Shown here: positions 8,851-17,390 of the stretch, one piece after another
Layout of the letters: every line of letters starts with the position of its first letter
Position numbering within the stretch: position 1 is the first letter of the stretch
DNA from: Candidatus Staskawiczbacteria bacterium
GTDB taxonomy: Bacteria > Patescibacteriota > Minisyncoccia > Minisyncoccales > Staskawiczbacteraceae
Length of the DNA stretch: 63,458 bases
Direction of reading: 5' to 3'
Assembly (NCBI GenBank): GCA_026395215.1
Contig: JAPLZC010000012.1
Coordinates: 1-63,458, forward strand
Position numbers and translations under genes: made by a program
The notes under the pieces: model-generated
What the model saw: the letters and a program-made list of their open reading frames with translations, nothing else
Databases searched by the model: none
Told to the model about the DNA's origin: nothing

Positions 8851-9192
8851 TCACTTTTCAGTCAGAACCGCCTTTATCGCTTCAAGGTTTTCAAAAACTT
8901 GGACCTTGGGGTAGTTTTTGCGAGCCCTTTCGGCTAAGTTCCCTGACATATTTGCATCAATGATGATGGCTTCTATATTAAGAGAAACCCCCAACATCCT
9001 TTCAGCTTGATCTGTATCCTCGATACAAATCAGCGTAAATCCCGAGTGGGATTTTGCCAGAAAATCTCTCAACGAATTACGAATCCGGTATGTATTGTCT
9101 ACAACAAGAATCGTTTTCACTTTTTGGTTCCTTTCAAGATTAAGAGGTTTTAAATTAAAGGTGCGAGTGTTAATTATACACCCTTTAACCAT
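8851..9192 (-). CDS. single-domain response-regulator receiver (CheY-like), divergent
   Basis: KTILVVDN...IIIDANM pattern, ~113 aa. Start lies 4 nt after the uvrA stop. Confidence 0.55.
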   Translation of the reverse strand: MVKGCIINTRTFNLKPLNLERNQKVKTILVVDNTYRIRNSLRDFLAKSHSGFTLICIEDTDQAERMLGVSLNIEAIIIDANMSGNLAERARKNYPKVQVFENLEAIKAVLTEK

Positions 9193-9196
9193 TTTG

Positions 9197-12016
9197 TCAA
9201 GATTTTATATATTGCCCGGTGTATGACTTTTTTACCTTTGCAACATCAGCAGGAGTTCCTTGTGCAACTATTTGGCCTCCCCCGCTTCCACCCTCAGGTC
9301 CAAGGTCAATCAACCAGTCGGCATTTTTAATTAAATCTATATTGTGTTCAATAACCAAAACTGTGTTGCCTTTGTCAACCAAGCCTCCCAAAACAGCAAT
9401 TAATTTTTTAATATCATCAAAATGCAAACCGGTTGTTGGTTCATCTAAAATATATAAAGTTTTGCCGGTGCCTTTTCGGGAAAGTTCTGTTGCCAATTTT
9501 ACCCTTTGCGCTTCCCCACCAGACAAAGAAGTTGCAGATTGCCCCAGTTGTACATAGGAAAGTCCAACCTCTTTTAAAGTTTTCATTTTTTCATAGAGTC
9601 CGGTAATATTCTTAAAAAATTCCAGTGCCTCTTCAACTGTCATATCTAAAACCTCGGCAATGTTTTTGTCTTTGTAAGTAACCTCCAAAACTTCTTTGCT
9701 ATACCTCTTTCCATGGCATTCCTCACATTCTACATAAATGTCCGGCAAGAAATACATTTCTACTTTTTTCTGTCCTTGTCCTTCACACGCTTCACATCTT
9801 CCACCTTTCACGTTAAAACTAAATCTGCCGGCTGAATATCCGCGTACTCTGGCCTCTTTTGTTTTTACAAAGATATCTCTTATCACTGAAAACGCTCCCG
9901 TATATGTTGCCGGATTACTTCTTGGAGTTCTACCAATTGGAGATTGGTCAACCAAAACCACTTTGTTTATATTTTCTATACCGGTTATTTCTTTGTGCTT
10001 TCCAGGTTCGTCTTTTGCGCGGTAAAACTTTTTTAACAAAAACTTTGCCAAAATATCATTTACAAGAGATGATTTCCCAGACCCCGAAACTCCGGTAACA
10101 CAAACAAATTCGCCCAGGGGTATTTGCACATCAATATTCTTAAGATTATGCTCACTCGCGCCAATTACGCTCAAATACTTTTGAGAGCCCTGGGCGCCCC
10201 GTCGAATGACGGGGTGAGTTTTCTTATCAGCCTTCACCGTCTTCCTCCCAGACAAATACTCTCCGGTTAGCGTATTACTTTTGAGAATCTGCTTATATGT
10301 TCCCTCAAAAACAACTTTTCCTCCGTGTTTTCCTGCTCCCGGCCCAATATCAACAATCCAATCAGACGCCTGCATTGTTTGAGGATCGTGTTCTACCACA
10401 ATAACCGTGTTTCCCAAATCCTTTAACTTAACCAATGTATCAATTAACTTGTGCTGATCTCTGGCATGTAATCCAATAGACGGCTCATCTAAAATATATA
10501 AAACGCCAGACAGTTTAGAACCAATTTGAGTTGCTAATCTTATCCTTTGTTCTTCTCCACCAGCCAATGTCCCAGCCTTTCTGGACAAAGTTAAGTAACT
10601 CAGACCAACATCAGTTAAAAACTGTGTCCTATCAATTATTTCTTTTATAATTGGCGCACAAACCTTTGTTTCTCCTGCATTTAGTTTTTCTGGTAATTTT
10701 GTGAATAATTCTTTTACTTTGTCCACCGGCATATCAACAACTTTATCAATAGATAAATCATTTACTGTTACTGCCAAAACTTCTGGCTTTAATCTTTTGC
10801 CGTTGCACTTTGGACAAATTTTAATAACCATATATTGCTCAATTTCTGCTCTTGTCCAGTCTGAATCTGTTTCGTGATATCTTTTTTCCAAGTTTGGAAT
10901 TACTCCCATAAATTCGGCGTCTCCATTTAAAATAATATCAACTATTTTTGCAGGCAAATCTTTTACTTCTTCATCTAAAGAAAACTTATATTTATCAGCT
11001 AACCCAGAAAGAATAGAATAATAATATCCTTGTCTGCCAACTTTGTGGCTGGCGCGAGACCATGGCCAAATAGCACCTTCGGCAATTGTTAATTTTTTAT
11101 TTGGAATAACCAATTCCGGGTCAACTTCTAACTTTTCTCCCAATCCAGTACATTCTGGGCAAGCTCCATAAGGATTATTAAATGAAAATAATCTTGGCTC
11201 TAACTCCGGCAAAGAAATCCCGCACATTTCACACGCGAAGTGTTCGCTGAAAACTAAATCATCTTTGTCTTTTCCGGCCACAATTACAATTCCCTTGCCT
11301 AAATGCAAAGCGGTTTCTAGAGAATCAACCAGTCGCGAACGATCTAAATCTTTTTCAAGAATTAAACGGTCCACAACAACTTCTATGTCGTGTTTTTTTT
11401 GCTTATCTAAATTTGCATTTAGCGATTCTTCAACTGGATAAATAACTCCGTCTATTCTTACTCTAACAAAACCTCCCCTTTGAATTTCTTCTAGAACTCC
11501 ACGATGCTCGCCCTTTTTTTCCCGGATCACCGGACCTAGAATCGTTAATTCGTATGGGCGCGTTCGTAGTTGCGCTTTTCGCATGCTTAAAACTTGGTCA
11601 ACAATTTGGTCAACTGTCTGGCGAGAAATTAACTTTCCACATTTTGGGCAATGCGGTTTACCTATACGGGCGTAAAGCAATCTTAAATAATCATATATTT
11701 CAGTAATAGTACCAACTGTGGACCTTGGGTTATGAGTAGATTTTCTTTGGTCAATTGAAATTGCAGGAGAAATTCCTTCTATTTTATCTACATCGGGTTT
11801 GTCCATTACACCCAAAAATTGTCTGGCGTAAGCTGACAAACTTTCAACATATCTGCGCTGTCCTTCTGCATATAACGTATCAAAAGCTAAAGATGATTTA
11901 CCAGAGCCAGAAAGCCCGGTAATTACAATCAACTTATTTTTAGGCAAATCCAAATCTATATTCTTTAAATTATGGACTCTTGCCCCGCGAATTTTTATGT
12001 AATTATCTATACTCAT
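9197..12016 (-). CDS. uvrA: excinuclease ABC subunit UvrA
   Basis: 939 aa. Two ABC modules ([23 protein letters not shown] signatures) and Cys4 zinc modules. Confidence 0.98.
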   Translation of the reverse strand: MSIDNYIKIRGARVHNLKNIDLDLPKNKLIVITGLSGSGKSSLAFDTLYAEGQRRYVESLSAYARQFLGVMDKPDVDKIEGISPAISIDQRKSTHNPRSTVGTITEIYDYLRLLYARIGKPHCPKCGKLISRQTVDQIVDQVLSMRKAQLRTRPYELTILGPVIREKKGEHRGVLEEIQRGGFVRVRIDGVIYPVEESLNANLDKQKKHDIEVVVDRLILEKDLDRSRLVDSLETALHLGKGIVIVAGKDKDDLVFSEHFACEMCGISLPELEPRLFSFNNPYGACPECTGLGEKLEVDPELVIPNKKLTIAEGAIWPWSRASHKVGRQGYYYSILSGLADKYKFSLDEEVKDLPAKIVDIILNGDAEFMGVIPNLEKRYHETDSDWTRAEIEQYMVIKICPKCNGKRLKPEVLAVTVNDLSIDKVVDMPVDKVKELFTKLPEKLNAGETKVCAPIIKEIIDRTQFLTDVGLSYLTLSRKAGTLAGGEEQRIRLATQIGSKLSGVLYILDEPSIGLHARDQHKLIDTLVKLKDLGNTVIVVEHDPQTMQASDWIVDIGPGAGKHGGKVVFEGTYKQILKSNTLTGEYLSGRKTVKADKKTHPVIRRGAQGSQKYLSVIGASEHNLKNIDVQIPLGEFVCVTGVSGSGKSSLVNDILAKFLLKKFYRAKDEPGKHKEITGIENINKVVLVDQSPIGRTPRSNPATYTGAFSVIRDIFVKTKEARVRGYSAGRFSFNVKGGRCEACEGQGQKKVEMYFLPDIYVECEECHGKRYSKEVLEVTYKDKNIAEVLDMTVEEALEFFKNITGLYEKMKTLKEVGLSYVQLGQSATSLSGGEAQRVKLATELSRKGTGKTLYILDEPTTGLHFDDIKKLIAVLGGLVDKGNTVLVIEHNIDLIKNADWLIDLGPEGGSGGGQIVAQGTPADVAKVKKSYTGQYIKS
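10197..10214. repeat. GC-rich stem-loop, 'PVIRPGA' family, in frame in uvrA
   Basis: CCCCGTC-GAAT-GACGGGG, an 18-mer identical to 17797-17814 in uvrC. Encodes HPVIRRGA on the minus strand. Confidence 0.85.
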
Positions 12017-12071
12017 TTTTTATTTGGTCTGTCATTATACATTATTTATTGTCAAGGTTCAAGACTTTATA

Positions 12072-12104
12072 CAAAAACAGGATAGAGCTAATGCCCTATC
12101 CTGT
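12072..12104 (-). terminator. rho-independent terminator downstream of receiver gene 12125..12490
   Basis: 9-bp stem ACAGGATAG/CTATCCTGT followed by a T-run on the minus strand. Confidence 0.6.
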
Positions 12105-12124
12105 GCTAGAACAAAATTTTTATA

Positions 12125-12490
12125 TTAAATAAAGGCGTTTATTTTACCGACAATTTCTTCCAAATCAATTTGTGACTTAATCAAAAAGTCAGATGCCCCC
12201 AGCTTTAATCCTTTATCAATGTCTTCTTTTGAGCTTAAATTAGATAATATAATAATAGGAATTGCAGATGTCTCTGAATCATTTTTTAATGTTGACAGCA
12301 CCTCGTAGCCATCCATTACCGGCAACAAGAGATCTAGCAATATTAAGTCTGGCTTTTCCTCTTTTGCCTTTTTAATCCCCTCTTCGCCGTCTTTTGCAGA
12401 CAAAATACTAAACTCTTTAGAAAAGAGTTTCTTTGATATTAATTCAACAAAAAATGAATCGTCTTCTATTATTAAAATATTCTTTTTCAT
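12125..12490 (-). CDS. single-domain response-regulator receiver (CheY-like)
   Basis: ILIIEDD...DLILLDLLLPVMDGYEVL...PIIILS...K canonical receiver motifs. No output domain. Confidence 0.85.
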   Translation of the reverse strand: MKKNILIIEDDSFFVELISKKLFSKEFSILSAKDGEEGIKKAKEEKPDLILLDLLLPVMDGYEVLSTLKNDSETSAIPIIILSNLSSKEDIDKGLKLGASDFLIKSQIDLEEIVGKINAFI

Positions 12491-12530
12491 AAAATGTTTA
12501 TTATATTATATTACTATACTACTAATCAGT

Positions 12531-15500
12531 TTATATTTCAAACTTTTCGTTAATAATCCCCTTCTTTGAGACGTCGATTGTCTGTGAAGTGTGGACTAAA
12601 GAATACGAGCCATCTTTGTTCTTCTTCTCTATCCTAACATAATATTTACCGGGTGGGACAAGGCAATAATACTTGCCGTACTTGTCGGCGGACTTGGCGG
12701 TAATTTGTATGTTAGAATCTGGTGACATTACACGCACTATGGCAAAGGACAACGGGATGCCTGTTGCTTTGTCTGTTATGTTGCCAAAAACTTTTGGTTT
12801 TAGTCCTATGATTCTTAATAATAAAAGGAATAAATATGCAAAAATGGTAATTGTGTTGTATGGGTATGGGGCAAAGATATATGCTAGGGTGGCGACAAAA
12901 AGACCTACGGCGAAGAAGAGATCGGAGAATTTTCTTGTAGCTACGTCCCACTTAGAATAGAACTTCATTATGTTCTTGTCTTTCTTGGCAAACTCATTCC
13001 AGTCAAACTTAATTGGATCTAAGGGAATGTTTTTGGTAATCACCTCGTCTTGAGCCTTTATCTCAATGTTCTCGCCAAAGTACAAGTCTTTGTGGAGTTC
13101 GTCGTGTGTTTTGCCGGCAAGATTCTTTGATGGGAAGGTGTAGTTGGTTTTGTGGGCTTCTATTTGGTAAATGCCAGGACCTACTAAGAATCCAAACCTG
13201 CCATCTACATCTGTTATTGCAGAAGAAATAACCTGACCTTTAAGATCTTTTAGAACAACGTAAGCGGGGTCTAGGGGACGCTTTGTGACAGAGTCGTAAA
13301 CAGCACCCCATGGGACAACTCTCTTTTTCAAACCAAAGGCAGTGAGCAGAAGTCCTAACAACCTTAATGGAATCAAGAACATTTCTGAGAATGAGAACGG
13401 GACGGAAAACCCTGTTGCCATGGCTGCCACTACAATTCCTGTGGTGGAGACAGCCTTAGTTATTACCGAACCTTGAGGTGAGTTGATTGCGTTCTCTAAA
13501 ACTTTTACAGCTTCTTCTACCGGGTTCACAACTGGCGGTACAACTGGCGGTACAACTGGCGGTACAACTGGCGGTACAACTGGCGGTACAACTGGCGGTA
13601 CAACTGGCGGTACAACTGGCGGTACAACTGGCGGTACAACTGGCGGTACAACTACAACTGGCGGTACAACTGGCGGTACAACTGGCGGTACAACTGGCGG
13701 TACAACTGGCGGTACAACTGGCGGTACAACTGGCGGTACAACTGGCGGCAAAGTTGGTTGTGCTAAAAATATTGCTGAAATGGTGTGACCGCTGGAAATA
13801 CTACTAAATGTGTAGGTAGTTATTGCTCCTTCTGAAACATTATCAACTAACACGTCTTCAATTTTATAACCACTATTTGGGGTAATAGTATATATTTGGC
13901 TACTTCCAGAAACCAAAGATATTAAACCACTCGGGCTAATAGAACCATTTGCTCCGGCTGAGGCAGTAATTGTGTAATAAGTATCGCCTCCACTACCGCT
14001 ACCGGTAATAATTCCGGCAATGTTGGCAGACATAGCGTAGGTTGTATTACCGGCTATATCAACTGCCCTGTAACAAACCTTTGAGCCGTTGTCTGAGCCG
14101 TCTGTAAATGTTTGGTCAGCATAAGTGGCAAATGTGAGTGTGCCATCACAGGTTGAGTTTGCAATGTTGCTCATTGTTAGAGTGCCTTCACTAGTTGAAG
14201 CTGTGATTGTTTTGCTTCTAGTCCAAGCGGTGTCTGGGTTGACTATGGTGATAGTTGGCGCGACTGTATCTATTGTTATACTGTCAGAATAAGTTTGGCT
14301 GATATTGCCGGCGGTGTCTTTAAATTGGACATAGAGAGTTTTGGCACCATCGGAACCAAAATTATAGGCATCTGGTGTGTTGACATATGACGCCCAAGCT
14401 ATTTTTATATCAGTACAATTTGCTCCAGCAATTGCAGAATTTCCACAAAGTTGATACTGACTAGCATCATCGGTCGTCAAAGTAATAGCAGGAGAAGTGG
14501 TTGTGCTATAAGTTGCTCCATCGGCTAAAGTGATGGTACCGGTAGGAGGGGTGGTATCAGGACTTGCGCTATTATCTGCAATATACCAAACAGGACTGAT
14601 GCCAGATAAATATGGATAGCCATTATTTAAATCGGTTTGTCCTCCGGATATATCCCAGTTAGCTCCGCCGTACGCGTTAAAAGTATAAAGTTTCTTCATC
14701 TCTGCTGTGGTCTTTCCCACAACTCCTGCTCCTCCCGCGCTTGTTGACTTACCGGAAGTTTGATTGTCCCAAAAAGAATTTGAAACAGTTGTTACACCAC
14801 CTGAAACTAATCCAATTAATCCCCCCTGATTAGAACCAGCTCCACTTACATTTCCAGTTGAATAAGAATTATTTATTATTCCATTTGCACCATTACCAAC
14901 TAATCCTCCACCACTTCCACTACTAACTATTACATTTCCAGTAGCATATGAATTAGATATTATTGTAGTTGTAGCTGACATACCAAAGTTACCAACCAAA
15001 CCTCCTACCATCGTAGTACTATTTACAATTCCAGTAGCATAAGAATTAGATACTGCTCCATAACCATATCCAACCAAACCGCCTACACCTTGAGTCGTAC
15101 CAGTTACATTTTTTGTAGAATATGAATTACTGATTGTACCACCAACTTGATATCCCACTAATCCTCCTAAAGCAACACCTCCTGTTGCAATCCCTGTCGA
15201 ATAACAGTTATCTATCACTCCTGCATCTTGTTCTCCAACTAAACCTCCTTTCCCAAGACTACCTCCTCCAATAAGATTTCCAGTTGCATAAGAGTTAGAG
15301 ATTGTACCACTAACTTGATATCCCACTAATCCTCCAACCTTGCCGTTGCCATTTACGTCTCCAGTTATATAAGCGTTTGTAATTGTTCCAGCATTTTGCT
15401 GTCCAACCAAACCACCCACACGACTAGAACCAGTTACACTAATATTAATTAATCCAACATTAGAAATTGTCCCAGACAAAATGGCGAATAAACCAACGTT

Positions 15501-17327
15501 GTTGTCTGCCGGCTGGTTTATGGTTAATCCGGTAATGGTATGACTTTGTCCATTAAAAATACCTGAATAACCACCAGAGCATATTGGCGCAATTGTTTCT
15601 CCTGTACAATCTAAGTCTGATGCAAGATTATAGTTTGCAGCGCAATTTACTTCTATAGCTGTTTTCAAAGCAGCACAAGGATCTGGGACAGCATCGCGGA
15701 GACAACGAGTCTGATTGATGGTAGCGCTCTTACCGTTGCCGTAACTGACCACAATGCCTAGGCTGCTCCGATAGTAAGCAACCCAGGCATCGTTGCTTGG
15801 ATTGCCTGAATCCTCAGTACTAGACCAATAAAGAGTGTCGACTGGAAAACCAGCACTTATATAGTCGGTTAGACCAGCAATTAACTGATCCTTAGCTGGT
15901 AAATACCAATCAGAATATCCACCATAGGTTAGAGCATCACAATAATCAGCAGCGGGATAGTCTCCAGTTAGACCAGCAAGAGTAGCGGTGTTAGCTGCTC
16001 CATTTGTGGAATCCTGAACATTAGTTGTTACAAGAGGCGAACCCCAAGCTAAACTATCAACAGCTGGAGACCAACAATCAGCATCAGCCGGCGTCCCATC
16101 ACAGAGATCTGGGTCAACAATATAGTCCACGTCAATGCTGCCGGAGAATAGTAAATCGTAGACAGCGGAGTCGGTATAATTTGGATAAATCTTGTAAGTG
16201 TTCTCGCCGTTGATGGTAAACTCGCCAATGCTGTCAGTGCTATTTTCATTAAAGACGACAATGGTTCCTGTGCCTTTAGCATAAATGGTCATATCATTTC
16301 CAGCGGTTAGATTACGCTCAAAAGTTGCTCTTATATAGTGAGTATCGGGGATGGTCACCCAAACATTGTCTTGGGTAACTGTTTGTTCGTAAACATCATT
16401 AACAATTTCTTTGTTTTCGTCTAGCTCAAAAGCTTTAGAGATAAAGATAATCTCAAATGTCTGAGTTGATAAGTGAGGAACTGTCCATTCTACATAGTCT
16501 AGCTTGCCGTTGCTGTTTAGGTCGTAGGCATGAAATACTACATTCTGATTTCCTTCGTTAACCCATTTAATTTTTACCTTGTCTTCCTGTCCTACTTTAA
16601 ATATCTCTGGAATGTTTGTAAAAGCAAGGACGTCGGTAATTGGAGCTTGCGGGTCTTCAATTGGGTCTGTGACAGTGACGAGTTTGCCGGTGTCTGTGGT
16701 TTGCTCGGTAATCTCCGGAGCTGGAGTAGTGTACTCTACCTGAACAAAAGTCTCGGCAGGAATCTCGGCAGGCTGTTCGGCAATATCACTCACGTCCACA
16801 AGCGTTTCTTCCGAGGTGGTTATAATACTTTCTGTTTCTTGAACAGGAGGAACAATTTGGTCAACAATTTGTTCTACGGTCTGCTCTACGGTTTGCTCTA
16901 CGGCATCTACTAAATCAGCTAAGAAATTGTTTCTGGGGGTGGCTTGTTTTACTAGGGTGAGAAAGTTTTTTCGGTCTTGATTGGTGATTTGTGTTTGTTG
17001 TGTTGTTGGTTTTGCAGAAACTGTTTTAACTGTTATGTTAGTGGCGTGTTTAGGAAGAATAATTAAATTCTTATCTTTAGTAATTTCAGTTATTGGAATT
17101 ATCTTTGTCCAACTGACAAGTTTACCGGAGATAACCTGAGTCTTTTGGATGGTTGCTAACTCTGAACTAATTGATCTCTGAGAAATGTTTTGGTTTTTGA
17201 CGTTGAGCAAAATATAGTTGACGGTTAGAAGTGCTGTGATAAAAAATATAGTAAAAAACAAGGAGAGTACAGTGACTATTCTCCTTTTTTGTCTTTTCCT
17301 TTCCTGTTCAAATGCAGACCAATCCAT
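12531..17327 (-). CDS. giant cell-surface protein: N-terminal TM anchor, shared module, DUF1566-like domain, ~10 GLUG-motif repeats, Ig-like domains, InlB B-repeat-like domain, (PPVV)18 stalk, C-terminal polytopic membrane region with two carboxypeptidase-regulatory-like domains
   Basis: 1598-aa intact ORF. Repeated GGLVG...G.I.NSY.TG.V units. YSDWYLPAKDQL...YWSST (DUF1566-like). DVDGRFGF / KYGKYY beta-sandwich motifs lie between TM helices. Confidence 0.85.
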   Translation of the reverse strand: MDWSAFEQERKRQKRRIVTVLSLFFTIFFITALLTVNYILLNVKNQNISQRSISSELATIQKTQVISGKLVSWTKIIPITEITKDKNLIILPKHATNITVKTVSAKPTTQQTQITNQDRKNFLTLVKQATPRNNFLADLVDAVEQTVEQTVEQIVDQIVPPVQETESIITTSEETLVDVSDIAEQPAEIPAETFVQVEYTTPAPEITEQTTDTGKLVTVTDPIEDPQAPITDVLAFTNIPEIFKVGQEDKVKIKWVNEGNQNVVFHAYDLNSNGKLDYVEWTVPHLSTQTFEIIFISKAFELDENKEIVNDVYEQTVTQDNVWVTIPDTHYIRATFERNLTAGNDMTIYAKGTGTIVVFNENSTDSIGEFTINGENTYKIYPNYTDSAVYDLLFSGSIDVDYIVDPDLCDGTPADADCWSPAVDSLAWGSPLVTTNVQDSTNGAANTATLAGLTGDYPAADYCDALTYGGYSDWYLPAKDQLIAGLTDYISAGFPVDTLYWSSTEDSGNPSNDAWVAYYRSSLGIVVSYGNGKSATINQTRCLRDAVPDPCAALKTAIEVNCAANYNLASDLDCTGETIAPICSGGYSGIFNGQSHTITGLTINQPADNNVGLFAILSGTISNVGLINISVTGSSRVGGLVGQQNAGTITNAYITGDVNGNGKVGGLVGYQVSGTISNSYATGNLIGGGSLGKGGLVGEQDAGVIDNCYSTGIATGGVALGGLVGYQVGGTISNSYSTKNVTGTTQGVGGLVGYGYGAVSNSYATGIVNSTTMVGGLVGNFGMSATTTIISNSYATGNVIVSSGSGGGLVGNGANGIINNSYSTGNVSGAGSNQGGLIGLVSGGVTTVSNSFWDNQTSGKSTSAGGAGVVGKTTAEMKKLYTFNAYGGANWDISGGQTDLNNGYPYLSGISPVWYIADNSASPDTTPPTGTITLADGATYSTTTSPAITLTTDDASQYQLCGNSAIAGANCTDIKIAWASYVNTPDAYNFGSDGAKTLYVQFKDTAGNISQTYSDSITIDTVAPTITIVNPDTAWTRSKTITASTSEGTLTMSNIANSTCDGTLTFATYADQTFTDGSDNGSKVCYRAVDIAGNTTYAMSANIAGIITGSGSGGDTYYTITASAGANGSISPSGLISLVSGSSQIYTITPNSGYKIEDVLVDNVSEGAITTYTFSSISSGHTISAIFLAQPTLPPVVPPVVPPVVPPVVPPVVPPVVPPVVPPVVVVPPVVPPVVPPVVPPVVPPVVPPVVPPVVPPVVPPVVPPVVNPVEEAVKVLENAINSPQGSVITKAVSTTGIVVAAMATGFSVPFSFSEMFLIPLRLLGLLLTAFGLKKRVVPWGAVYDSVTKRPLDPAYVVLKDLKGQVISSAITDVDGRFGFLVGPGIYQIEAHKTNYTFPSKNLAGKTHDELHKDLYFGENIEIKAQDEVITKNIPLDPIKFDWNEFAKKDKNIMKFYSKWDVATRKFSDLFFAVGLFVATLAYIFAPYPYNTITIFAYLFLLLLRIIGLKPKVFGNITDKATGIPLSFAIVRVMSPDSNIQITAKSADKYGKYYCLVPPGKYYVRIEKKNKDGSYSLVHTSQTIDVSKKGIINEKFEI
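13528..13748. repeat. 12-nt perfect tandem repeat (8 + 10 copies separated by one 6-nt half unit) encoding (PPVV)n
   Basis: acaactggcggt iterated. The single interruption 'acaact' lies near 13651. Confidence 0.95.
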
Positions 17328-17355
17328 TTATAAATTGTATCACAAAAAAAAGGGG

Positions 17356-17384
17356 TTGCAAATATCTGTTTTTTAGATTTAAAT
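17356..17384 (+). promoter_or_regulatory. putative sigma70-type promoter of uvrC, possibly leaderless
   Basis: TTGCAA, 17-nt spacer, TTAAAT. The -10 ends 6 nt before ATG 17391 and no SD is present. Confidence 0.3.
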
Positions 17385-17390
17385 AGTTAT

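Noticed and set aside
13483-13807. CRISPR-like or coding ORFs on the plus strand over the 12-nt repeat array (13483..13788, 13487..13807).
   Set aside because: The units are contiguous 12-mers without spacers and lie inside the 1598-aa minus-strand ORF, where they encode PPVV.
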